The position numbers and the translations under genes were made by a program. A stretch of 32,000 nt of DNA, taken from NCBI GenBank assembly GCA_963718045.1, contig OY970350.1:420001-452000 (forward strand), written 5' to 3'. Positions 17,389-25,075 of this stretch are shown in pieces; position 1 is the first letter of the stretch; each line of letters begins with the position of its first letter. The DNA is from Candidatus Saccharimonadota bacterium. GTDB lineage: Bacteria; Patescibacteriota; Saccharimonadia; Saccharimonadales; UBA4665. Below the pieces are notes generated by a model that saw only the letters and a program-made list of their open reading frames with translations, did no database searches and was not told where the DNA came from.

Positions 17389-18393
17389 CTAGTTCAAGCT
17401 TGACGTATGATACCAGTCAGGAGCATGCAAGAGGTAGTGATGCAGCTCATGTTCAGTTAAAAGACCAGCCTGGGAACCAACTTGCTGGACGACACTCATC
17501 GAATTAATCGGCGCCCACATTAAGGCTCCTTCAATGTTGTTGCCCTTAATTAAGGCAGCCACGAAAGTTGAAGCAAAGGCATCGCCGGCGCCCGTTCTTT
17601 CTACCGGCGGCGCGGGATCAGGATATAGCGGCATCTTAAGTCTAATCTGGCCGTCTGAGGCGTAGGCACCGCTTGGACCATCGGTTATAACAACTATTTT
17701 TGGTCCTAATTCGTGAAGTTTGTTTATAAGATCATTTATGTCTTCATGATTACCGCCGCCGACAGTAACTGCTTCCTCACGGTTTAAAATTAAAATTTCA
17801 GCCCGTTCATATATCCGGTGCAGCCGCTCGTGGCCGACTTCCATTTGAAAAGTGGCTGGCTGGAAGGCAAGCTTAACTTCAGGGTGCTCATCTAGCCAGT
17901 CAGATATCTGGTCATGGTATGGAAGGGCGTGCTCACTGACGGAGCTAAAATACAGCCATTTAGGTGATTCATCCGGTCTTAAGTGCGGCCAGTGATAGTT
18001 ATATTCTTCATGCTTAACAAGTATGGTGCGCTCTGCTTTATACCTTAGAATGTAGTGATAGTTGCTCTTTTTGTTATGGTTGATCCTAACAAAGCGTGTA
18101 TCGACATTGTTTTTATTCAAAGCGTTAATCATACCCCGGCCGAAATCGTCACTACCGACATTAGTTACAATGGCGCAGTCAAGACCAAGCCTGGCAAAAG
18201 CGACAGCAGCATTGCCCGCATTGCCGCCCGATTCAATAATATCCGCATGGTCATAGGGCAGTTTCGAGCCATAGGCCATTGCTAAAAGCTTATTCCCGTC
18301 TTTTTCAATAACTTCTGCCTGGTCGTCTATAAGCTTAATAAAGGCATCGGTATTAGTGTCGCCGACACTGATTACGTCTGGGTTATCTGCCAC
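17389..18393 (-). CDS. PfkB/ribokinase-family carbohydrate (or nucleoside) kinase
   Basis: It has the family motifs GGNAGNAAVAFARLG (di-Gly lid) and TGAGDAFASTFVAAL (anion hole/catalytic Asp). The track ORF extends to GTG 18405. I prefer GTG 18393 because AAAGGTGGG sits 8 nt upstream of it. Substrate is not determinable by eye. Confidence 0.85.
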   Translation of the reverse strand: MADNPDVISVGDTNTDAFIKLIDDQAEVIEKDGNKLLAMAYGSKLPYDHADIIESGGNAGNAAVAFARLGLDCAIVTNVGSDDFGRGMINALNKNNVDTRFVRINHNKKSNYHYILRYKAERTILVKHEEYNYHWPHLRPDESPKWLYFSSVSEHALPYHDQISDWLDEHPEVKLAFQPATFQMEVGHERLHRIYERAEILILNREEAVTVGGGNHEDINDLINKLHELGPKIVVITDGPSGAYASDGQIRLKMPLYPDPAPPVERTGAGDAFASTFVAALIKGNNIEGALMWAPINSMSVVQQVGSQAGLLTEHELHHYLLHAPDWYHTSSLN

Positions 18394-18470
18394 ACTTAGG
18401 CCCACCTTTATATTTATCTTACGTTCTTCTTAGCATATTTTAGCATTAGCCAAGGCCTGCGATCAATAAA

Positions 18471-19394
18471 CTAACTAGTTGGCACTGCGGCCTTATCGCT
18501 TGAGTTAAAATCAACAAGCTTACTTTCAACGACTTCTTCAACTGCTTGAACTACGTCTTTAGATATTAGCTTAGCGACAGAGTATTCCTCGGGATGTTCT
18601 TTTAGAACCTTCTCAAGGCTGGTTCTATAGGCAAACCGCATGTCAGAATTAATGTTTATCTTAGAAACACCAATCTTTACAGCCTCTCTAAAATAATGAC
18701 CTGGCGTATCACTGCCGCCGTGAAGAGATATATTGCAGGTAATAGCTTCTCTGATCCTTTGCAGCAGTTCAAGGTCTAGTATTTTTGGCACCGGATACTT
18801 GCCGTGAAGATTGCCAATTTGAACAGCAAATGTGTCAATCCCAGTTTGAGCGACAAAGTCAGCTCCTCCTTCGGGGGTAGTGTTATATTTCTTCACCTCT
18901 TCGTAATCGATCGCTTCGGTGTGCAGATTTGACGAGCCCATGAAGTACCGCTCTTCGGCTTCGACTGAGGCGCCGGTCAGTTTGGCGTAGGCCACAATTT
19001 CTTTAGTCTTTTCTATTATTTCTTCCCTTGTAGCATCATGATTGGCCTGCGAAATGTCAATGTGAATAAATTCAAAGCCGGCTTCAATACCTCTTTTAGC
19101 GTCGTCAATGCTTGGGCTGTGGTCAAGGTTCATATATATCTCAATGCCGTATGCAGCCTTAAGGTTGTCGACCATATCGCGGGCGTTATCCAGGCCAATA
19201 TCATCAACTTCGCCTTGGCTAAGTTCAACTAAGACAGGTGCTTTTTTATTTGCCGCTGCCCGGCAAACTGCTCTTAAGGTTGCCTCGTCGTCCAAGTTAA
19301 AGGCACCAAAAGCCCAGTGCTCAGCTCTAGCCTGGGCCATACGTTCATGGGCCTGTCGGCAGTTCCTTCTAATTTGCGGTAGGGTTAAAGGCAT
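18471..19394 (-). CDS. fba: Class II fructose-/ketose-bisphosphate aldolase
   Basis: 307 aa with class II aldolase motifs: MNLDHS (Zn-binding His region), SLHGGSDTP and KININSDMR. Confidence 0.9.
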   Translation of the reverse strand: MPLTLPQIRRNCRQAHERMAQARAEHWAFGAFNLDDEATLRAVCRAAANKKAPVLVELSQGEVDDIGLDNARDMVDNLKAAYGIEIYMNLDHSPSIDDAKRGIEAGFEFIHIDISQANHDATREEIIEKTKEIVAYAKLTGASVEAEERYFMGSSNLHTEAIDYEEVKKYNTTPEGGADFVAQTGIDTFAVQIGNLHGKYPVPKILDLELLQRIREAITCNISLHGGSDTPGHYFREAVKIGVSKININSDMRFAYRTSLEKVLKEHPEEYSVAKLISKDVVQAVEEVVESKLVDFNSSDKAAVPTS

Positions 19395-19403
19395 ATCTAA
19401 ATC

Positions 19404-20393
19404 TTAATCGCTTACGTTTATTTTGGCTAGTAGACAGTGGGCAGCTAGCTCTATATGTTTAGCGTCAAGCCCAAAATAGGTAAGAAGTTCGTCCATTTCG
19501 CCTGATTCACCGAATCTGTCCTGCATGCCTATTCGAAAAACCTTAGTTGGCAATTGCTCGGCTAGAAGTTCAGCAATGGCTCCGCCAAGACCGCCAGCTT
19601 TTTGTCCTTCTTCAGCTGTTATGACAGCTTTGGTCTTTTCAGCGCTTTTTAGAATAGTTTCTTCGTCAAGCGGCTTAATAGTTGGTATGTGCAGCACTTC
19701 AGCTTCAATGCCGCGATTTGCCAGGTTATCGGCAGCCCGCAGGGCGTGATAGGTCATTGTCCCTGTAGTGGCAATAGTTATGTCTTTGCCCTCTTTTAGT
19801 ACATAAGCCGGACCAATCTCAAATGGTGTCTGTTCGGTGGTAATAACAGGTACCGGTTCTCTTGCCAGACGCATGTAATTAGGGCTCCTGTGTTTGGCCA
19901 TTAGAAGTGTGGCCTTCTTAGCTTCTAACGAGTCGGCTGGGGCGATAACAACCATATTAGGCAAAACCCGCATGAGGGCAATATCTTCCAGCATTTGATG
20001 GGTAGCACCGTCCGGACCAACACTAACGCCGGTATGAGAACCAATTAACTTAACCGGTTGGTCGTTAAGACAAATTGTTGTCCTTATCTGCTCCCAGTTT
20101 CTGCCAGGGCTAAAGGCGGCAAAGCTGGCTACAAAAGGTATTTTACCCATGGCAGCAAGTCCGCTGCCTATAGCCACCATGTTTTGTTCGGCAACTCCGA
20201 CTTCAATAAAGCGATCAGGAAACTTATCCCTAAACAAATGCATGTAGGTTGATTCTGTTAAGTCAGCACAAGCAGCGACAACGTCAGCGTCTGCTTCACC
20301 AGCGGCCACTAAGCCTAGCCCAAAACCTTTCCGGTTCGATTCTAAAACCGGATCTTTGGCATAATTTGCTAGCTTTGGATCAAAAGTGCTCAC
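19404..20393 (-). CDS. Transketolase, C-terminal (pyrimidine-binding + C-terminal domain) subunit
   Basis: 329 aa containing FIEVGVAEQNMVAIGSGLA and GPDGATHQMLEDIALMR. The GTG start immediately follows the stop of the N-terminal subunit and is preceded by GAGGAG. Confidence 0.93.
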   Translation of the reverse strand: MSTFDPKLANYAKDPVLESNRKGFGLGLVAAGEADADVVAACADLTESTYMHLFRDKFPDRFIEVGVAEQNMVAIGSGLAAMGKIPFVASFAAFSPGRNWEQIRTTICLNDQPVKLIGSHTGVSVGPDGATHQMLEDIALMRVLPNMVVIAPADSLEAKKATLLMAKHRSPNYMRLAREPVPVITTEQTPFEIGPAYVLKEGKDITIATTGTMTYHALRAADNLANRGIEAEVLHIPTIKPLDEETILKSAEKTKAVITAEEGQKAGGLGGAIAELLAEQLPTKVFRIGMQDRFGESGEMDELLTYFGLDAKHIELAAHCLLAKINVSD

Positions 20394-21248
20394 TTAAGTC
20401 TCCTCGCTTTTAATCCGGCCGCCTAGGGTTCTTAGTTCTTTAAGAGCCTTCTTAGCTTCAGCAGGGTTAGGTGATTTACCGTGCCAGTGAAAGTCATACT
20501 CCATGAAGTCGACACCTTGGCCTGGAACAGTGTGGGCTATGATCATAATTGGCTTTTCAACAATTGCTTTAGCCATGGCACAGGCATCGATGAAGGCTTC
20601 AATGTTGTTGCCGTCAACTTCAATAACATGCCAGCCAAAAGCCTGCCATTTAGCTTTGACGTCTTCTAGCGGCATCACCTGTTCTGTTGGTCCGTCTATT
20701 TGGATGTTGTTACGGTCTAGAATAGCTATGACATTAGATAGCTTGTATTTACTGGCCAGCATGGCCGCTTCCCAGACATTACCTTCATCTGTTTCACCGT
20801 CACCCATAATGACGTAAATCCATCTATGGTTAACCTTATCTATCTTTAGGGCTAGGGCCATACCTAAGGCCTGGGATAAGCCGCAGCCTAATGGACCGGA
20901 TGTGGTTTCCAGTCCGGGCAGTCTGAGTCTTTCCGGGTGTCCCTGAAGACGGCTGCCAAGCTTTCTAAGGGTTTTAAGCTCATCCCTCTTAAAATAGCCG
21001 GCACGGGCCATAGCAGCATATCTTACCGGCACACAGTGGCCGTTGCTTAAAATTAAAATGTCCCTGTCTAGCCAGTCGGGGTTCTTGGGATCATGATTTA
21101 AGATGTCAAAATAAAGGGCGGTAAAGATATCGGCCAACCCCAAAGGTCCGGCACTGTGGCCGCTGCCGGCAACCAGAAGCATCTCAATAATATCTTCCCT
21201 TATATCGTTAGCAATCTCTTCTAGGCGGGCAATTGGTAGTTTAGTCAT
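20394..21248 (-). CDS. Transketolase, N-terminal (thiamine-diphosphate-binding) subunit
   Basis: It contains SGHSAGPLGLADI, GHPE and GDGETDEGNVWEA (TPP/Mg motif GDG...N). The track ORF starts at TTG 21263 and overlaps rpe by 11 nt. ATG 21248 (MTKLPIARLEE) avoids the overlap and is preferred. Confidence 0.92.
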   Translation of the reverse strand: MTKLPIARLEEIANDIREDIIEMLLVAGSGHSAGPLGLADIFTALYFDILNHDPKNPDWLDRDILILSNGHCVPVRYAAMARAGYFKRDELKTLRKLGSRLQGHPERLRLPGLETTSGPLGCGLSQALGMALALKIDKVNHRWIYVIMGDGETDEGNVWEAAMLASKYKLSNVIAILDRNNIQIDGPTEQVMPLEDVKAKWQAFGWHVIEVDGNNIEAFIDACAMAKAIVEKPIMIIAHTVPGQGVDFMEYDFHWHGKSPNPAEAKKALKELRTLGGRIKSEET

Positions 21249-21252
21249 GTTA

Positions 21253-21882
21253 TTAATAAACAATCTGCTCTAGTTTGACATATGCATCCTGGGGATTTGC
21301 GTTCTCTTGGATGTAGCTGCCGACATCTAAAACTTTGACGCCGGCTGAGGCAATTTCTTTCGCATTGAGATCGTTAACACCGCCGTCCCAAGATATTTCA
21401 GCCCTCGGATTTAAGGCTTTAATCTCATTTACTTTAGATAGCATACTAAGATCTGCCTGGCCGCCCTGATAGCCTAAACTGCCGGCAAAAATTAAAACAT
21501 GATCATAAAAGTTTATTATCTCGGAAATACTATCGACAGTGGTCGGACCAAGAATTGCCAGCCCTGCCCGTATATTATGATCGCCTAGGCTGGATAATAA
21601 TTTATGATGGTCAACTTCAGCTTCGGCATGAACTATTAACAAATTTGGGTTTATAAGGATAACTACGTCAATAAATTCCATCGGATTCTTAAACATCAAA
21701 TGGATATCGGTAATCACCTCATTGGTTATCGGCACTTCATGAATATCTAAAGACTTAGTAGGCGTCAGCACCCCGTCCATAAGATCTATATGAATGCGGT
21801 TAGCAAACTGCTTGACTTTATTAAGCTGGACATTAAATTGATCTAGTGACGTGGCGGTAATTGTTGGACAGATTATGGCCAT
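21253..21882 (-). CDS. rpe: Ribulose-phosphate 3-epimerase-like TIM-barrel protein (divergent)
   Basis: 209 aa. The RPE skeleton is recognisable (IHIDLMDGVLTP, DIHLMFKNP, VHAEA, SLGYQGGQ, WDGGV), but each motif deviates from the canonical H(V/L)D(V/I)MDGxFVPN / PGFGGQ forms. Confidence 0.7.
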   Translation of the reverse strand: MAIICPTITATSLDQFNVQLNKVKQFANRIHIDLMDGVLTPTKSLDIHEVPITNEVITDIHLMFKNPMEFIDVVILINPNLLIVHAEAEVDHHKLLSSLGDHNIRAGLAILGPTTVDSISEIINFYDHVLIFAGSLGYQGGQADLSMLSKVNEIKALNPRAEISWDGGVNDLNAKEIASAGVKVLDVGSYIQENANPQDAYVKLEQIVY

Positions 21883-21885
21883 AAG

Positions 21886-22329
21886 CTAATTTAAGTTATC
21901 TAACTCTTTTATTCTTCTTAAGTATCTTGGTTCATTAGAAAATAATGTGTTAAGCCAGGTAGAGATTATTTTCTGCATGTCTGGCCAGGCCATTTTATCG
22001 GCACTTAAGCATAAGACGTTGGCATCGTCTTCATAGCGGGAGCAGTGGGCGTCGTTCTCATCTCGGCAGAGACATGCTCTTATGCCCTTGTAGCGGTTAG
22101 CAGCCATGCACATACCTTGGCCGCTGCCGCATAACAATATGCCTCTAGAGCTGTCCAGGTTAATTAAAACATCCTTAATTACTTTAGAAGCGTAAAGAGG
22201 AAAGTCGTCCGCCGGATCTAACTGTTCATTGCCGTCATCAACTACTTCATGGCCCAATTCTTTTAGATAGTTAATTATCTGTTCCTTATCTTTATATCCG
22301 TGGTGATCGACGCCAATATATATTTTCAT
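21886..22329 (-). CDS. rpiB: Ribose-5-phosphate isomerase B (RpiB/LacAB family)
   Basis: 147 aa containing IYIGVDHHGY and GILLCGSGQGMCMAANRYKGIRA, with the catalytic Cys in context. Confidence 0.9.
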   Translation of the reverse strand: MKIYIGVDHHGYKDKEQIINYLKELGHEVVDDGNEQLDPADDFPLYASKVIKDVLINLDSSRGILLCGSGQGMCMAANRYKGIRACLCRDENDAHCSRYEDDANVLCLSADKMAWPDMQKIISTWLNTLFSNEPRYLRRIKELDNLN

Positions 22330-22330
22330 T

Positions 22331-23374
22331 TTATGATTTATGCTGTTCGCTATTTCGGTGAAGAATGCGGCCGGTATCAGCCACTACTTCAACCAATCTG
22401 TTTGAATAGCCCCATTCATTATCATACCAGGCGATTACTTTAAGCATATTACCGCCAATCACGGCCGTTAGTTTTAAATCGACAATGGCTGAGTGGCTGT
22501 TGCCGATAAAGTCAGTGCTGACCAGTTCTTCTTCGGTAACGTCTAGAATGCCTTGATAGAAAGGTTCTTTGGAAGCTTTTTTAAAGGCATTGTTTACCTC
22601 ATCGACGGTGACATCTCTTTTAGTAAGAATTACAAAATCCGCTAGCGATACGACCGGAGTTGGCACACGAACTTCAAAGCCGCCGAATATACCGCTTAGA
22701 GCCGGTAAGGCCTTAGCTGCCGCAATGGAAGCTCCGGTTGTAGTTGGCGTAATGTTCTGGGCGCCAGCTCTATCTTCCCTCAGGTTCTTGCCTGGGCCAT
22801 CTTGAAGGTGCTGGGAGGCGGTGTAGCTATGGATAGTCGTCATCATCAGCTTTTCAATGCCAAATTGTGATTCAATGACACCAGCAACTGGAGTTATGCA
22901 GTTGGTTGTGCAGGAAGCATTGGATATAACATCATGCTCCTGCTCTAAAGCATCATCGTTAACTCCAAGTACTACCGTTAGTGCCGTGTCAGCGCTATCG
23001 CCTTTAGCCGGAGCGCTGATGACCACTTTCTTGGCACCGGCTTTAATATGGGACCGGGCTTTATCCGGTTCAACAAAGAAACCGGTACATTCAATAACGA
23101 CATCAATGTCTAAGTCTTTCCAGGGCAGTGATTCAGGCTCTTTTTCGGCAAAGACCTTTATTTGCTGGCCATCAACTACTATACCGGCTTCGGCTGACTT
23201 AACGTCTTTGTCGTAAGTCCCGTAGTTGCTGTCATGCTTTAGTAGGTATGCGAGAGTAGCTGTGTCGGTTAGATCATTTATGGCGACAACTTCCATGTCA
23301 CTTCTGGCAAAAGCAATCTTAAAAGCGTTCCGGCCTATCCGGCCAAAACCATTTATAGCAACTCTAGTTTTCAT
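22331..23374 (-). CDS. gap: Glyceraldehyde-3-phosphate dehydrogenase
   Basis: 347 aa with INGFGRIGR, the active site SNASCTTNC and WYDNEWGYS. Confidence 0.97.
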   Translation of the reverse strand: MKTRVAINGFGRIGRNAFKIAFARSDMEVVAINDLTDTATLAYLLKHDSNYGTYDKDVKSAEAGIVVDGQQIKVFAEKEPESLPWKDLDIDVVIECTGFFVEPDKARSHIKAGAKKVVISAPAKGDSADTALTVVLGVNDDALEQEHDVISNASCTTNCITPVAGVIESQFGIEKLMMTTIHSYTASQHLQDGPGKNLREDRAGAQNITPTTTGASIAAAKALPALSGIFGGFEVRVPTPVVSLADFVILTKRDVTVDEVNNAFKKASKEPFYQGILDVTEEELVSTDFIGNSHSAIVDLKLTAVIGGNMLKVIAWYDNEWGYSNRLVEVVADTGRILHRNSEQHKS

Positions 23375-23408
23375 TCTTATCCTTTAGTTTTTTAGTTTAT
23401 GCTTTTAT

Positions 23409-23436
23409 TTTATAGCTTAGGCAAGCTAATTGGCAA
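23409..23436 (-). promoter_or_regulatory. Predicted promoter of the gap-led sugar-phosphate operon: -35 TTGCCA, 16 nt, -10 TATAAA
   Basis: On the minus strand TTGCCA is at 23436..23431 and TATAAA at 23414..23409. The predicted ~28-nt leader contains the SD AAGGA (23384..23380) 5 nt before the ATG. Confidence 0.55.
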
Positions 23437-23497
23437 TGCTTAGTCCCAATAACCCACTCATACTATTTAAGTTTTGCGTGTGAGTCTCATTTTTGCC

Positions 23498-23527
23498 TTG
23501 ACACATATTATAATAACTTTATAATAA
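23498..23527 (+). promoter_or_regulatory. Consensus promoter of the antitoxin/Doc operon: TTGACA, 16 nt, TATAAT, 6 nt, ATG (leaderless), with two 9-bp direct repeats TTATAATAA
   Basis: TTGACA is at 23498..23503 and TATAAT at 23520..23525, with the ATG at 23532. TTATAATAA occurs at 23508..23516 and 23519..23527 (11-bp period), overlapping the spacer and the -10. This is a candidate antitoxin operator. Confidence 0.65.
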
Positions 23528-23531
23528 AGGT

Positions 23532-23750
23532 ATGATTAAAACAGAGCAAAAACTAATTCGAATAGGCTCTAGTGAAGGCGTTACTCTATCTAGAAAAGAC
23601 CTTGTAAAACTTGGTGCTAGAAGAGGAGACAAACTTAAGCTAAGAGTAGAGCTAGCAGATAGCCAGCAGAAGTATGCAGATCTAAAGAGAGACTATGATG
23701 ACTTTGTCCGTGTTTATGGACAAACCCTCAAAAACCTAGCAAACAAATGA
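23532..23750 (+). CDS. AbrB/MazE/SpoVT-fold type II antitoxin
   Basis: 72 aa. LIRIGSSEGVTLSRKDLVKLGARRGDKLKLRVE matches the swapped-hairpin AbrB/MazE pattern. The stop overlaps the doc start by 4 nt (ATGA). Confidence 0.85.
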   Translation: MIKTEQKLIRIGSSEGVTLSRKDLVKLGARRGDKLKLRVELADSQQKYADLKRDYDDFVRVYGQTLKNLANK

Positions 23751-24145
23751 AAGCTAAATATCTAGGATTGGAAGAAATACTTAGATTACATTTCTGGTTA
23801 ATCGAAGAGTTCAGTGGTAGTCATGGTGTGCGCGACGAAAACCGTCTAAAATCTGTAGTTGATGCACCAAAACAATTTGCTCTTGGTGCTGAGCAATACC
23901 CAACAGTACTTGAAAAAGCTGCGGTTTATATGAGGAACATTATCGGCGACCACCCCTTTCAAGATGGCAATAAAAGAACTGCCCTAACCGTATGCAGTCT
24001 ATTTCTGAAGCGTAATGGTGGATTCGCCATAAAAGTGAGCCCGAAAGAACTAGAAGATTTTACAATTAGCATAGCAACAGATCACTTACAGATAAGTGAA
24101 ATAGTTAAATGGTTAGAGGAGAACACGGAACAGACATTATCCTAA
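23747..24145 (+). CDS. doc: Fic/Doc-family toxin (death-on-curing type)
   Basis: 132 aa with the motif HPFQDGNKRTAL, which corresponds to the Doc variant HxFx(D/E)GNKR of the Fic motif. Confidence 0.9.
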   Translation: MKAKYLGLEEILRLHFWLIEEFSGSHGVRDENRLKSVVDAPKQFALGAEQYPTVLEKAAVYMRNIIGDHPFQDGNKRTALTVCSLFLKRNGGFAIKVSPKELEDFTISIATDHLQISEIVKWLEENTEQTLS

Positions 24146-24173
24146 TGCTCAAGATCTTCCAATGTAACCCATC

Positions 24174-24710
24174 TCAAACTTTAGATGTATATCTTAGGAG
24201 CGATTCGGTTATTACCTTTTTGGCGGCGTCAGCATTTCCCCAGCCGTTAAAGGATACAGGGCTGCCCTTCCAGTCATTCTTCCAGGCTTTATAGTTTGAA
24301 TAGAAGTGCTCAACCATGGGCTTAAAGTTAGGACCTAAGTCATCGATTGACTTTATATGGCTTTTTGATACATCTTTAGAAGCAACACAGACTAGTTTTT
24401 CGTCATTGTTACCATCATCAACCATGTAAAGAACGCCAATTGGACGCGTACTTAGGGCTGAGCTGCGAGGCATTGATTCATCTATGATTAAAAGTGCGTC
24501 CAGAGGGTCACCGTCTTCACATAACGTCATCGGCACATAACCATAATCGGCGGGATAGCCTAAGGTGGTAGCATTAACCCTATCTAGAAACAGGTAGCCG
24601 TTCTCCTTGTCGACTTCGTATTTATTGTGATCACCTTTTTGAATCTCGATAATTACATTGATTTCATCTGGGGTGTTATTACCGGCGGTTAGTGGTTTTA
24701 GATCAGACAT
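24174..24710 (-). CDS. ppa: Inorganic pyrophosphatase, family I
   Basis: 178 aa with EIQKGDHNKYEVDKE, DGDPLDALLI and DDGNNDEKLVCV. Confidence 0.95.
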   Translation of the reverse strand: MSDLKPLTAGNNTPDEINVIIEIQKGDHNKYEVDKENGYLFLDRVNATTLGYPADYGYVPMTLCEDGDPLDALLIIDESMPRSSALSTRPIGVLYMVDDGNNDEKLVCVASKDVSKSHIKSIDDLGPNFKPMVEHFYSNYKAWKNDWKGSPVSFNGWGNADAAKKVITESLLRYTSKV

Positions 24711-24715
24711 GTTAT

Positions 24716-24750
24716 CTCTCCGTTTAGCTTATTTCATGCGTATTATATCA
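24716..24750 (-). promoter_or_regulatory. ppa 5' region: extended -10 TGaTATAAT (24750..24742) and SD GGAGAG (24721..24716)
   Basis: The minus strand reads ctttGATATAATacgcatgaaataagctaaacGGAGAGataacATG. This is a classical leader of ~25 nt with the SD 5 nt from the ATG. Confidence 0.55.
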
Positions 24751-24810
24751 AAGTTATGAAGGCTAAGTCTGTTCATATTGTAGGGTTATTAAATATAAAT
24801 AGATCAACAG

Positions 24811-24838
24811 TTGACAAGTGATACACTTTTGGTACAAT
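24811..24838 (+). promoter_or_regulatory. Consensus promoter of the RHH-antitoxin/RelE operon: TTGACA, 16 nt, extended -10 TGgTACAAT, 6 nt, ATG (leaderless), with the small palindrome AAGTG-ata-CACTT in the spacer
   Basis: TTGACA is at 24811..24816, TG at 24830..24831 and TACAAT at 24833..24838, with the ATG at 24845. The inverted repeat at 24816..24828 lies between -35 and -10, a typical operator position for RHH antitoxins. Confidence 0.65.
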
Positions 24839-24844
24839 TAATAT

Positions 24845-25069
24845 ATGTCTACAACCAAATCACGTTTAAACATTAGTTTGCCCGACGATATCAGAGTCGC
24901 TATCTCTGATCTAGCTCGAAGGGATAATATGCCTGCCGCTACAAAAGCCGAGAGGTTAATAGAAGTCGCTCTCGAGTTAGAGGAAGATAGAATTTGGGAT
25001 GATATTGCTTCACTGAGAGATACGCCCGACGCTAAATTCCTAACACACAATCAAGTCTTTAATGCCTAA
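24845..25069 (+). CDS. Ribbon-helix-helix (RelB/CopG-like) type II antitoxin
   Basis: 74 aa. The N-terminal SRLNISLPDDIRVAISDLARRDNMPAATKAERLIEVAL fits a beta-strand + two-helix RHH pattern. It lies directly upstream of the RelE/ParE toxin. Confidence 0.8.
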   Translation: MSTTKSRLNISLPDDIRVAISDLARRDNMPAATKAERLIEVALELEEDRIWDDIASLRDTPDAKFLTHNQVFNA

Positions 25070-25075
25070 AATGCA

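Noticed and set aside
21249-21263. TTG-initiated 5-codon N-terminal extension of transketolase-N (MFINN) overlapping the rpe stop
   Set aside because: The ATG at 21248 gives a normal N-terminus without overlap, so the extension is probably an artefact of longest-ORF calling. It cannot be fully excluded.
22569-23216. Plus-strand ORFs of 78 and 119 aa inside gap
   Set aside because: They lie antisense to a highly conserved GAPDH gene, and their Ser/Thr/Ala-rich composition is typical of shadow frames. The same reasoning applies to the other antisense ORFs in the track (inside dnaE, gatA, gatB, uvrB, tkt, fba, pfkB, trxB, pheS and pheT).
24151-24158. Palindrome AAGATCTT between the convergent doc and ppa stops as a bidirectional terminator
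   Set aside because: It is 8 bp with no loop and no flanking T/A runs, so it cannot form a meaningful hairpin.
24109-24294. Plus-strand 61-aa ORF spanning the doc 3' end and the ppa 3' end
   Set aside because: It overlaps two well-supported genes, and no independent signals support it.
24838-25050. Minus-strand 70-aa ORF opposite the RHH antitoxin
   Set aside because: The plus-strand frame gives a clear RHH antitoxin with a consensus promoter and a downstream RelE partner. The minus-strand ORF has no start context or motif.
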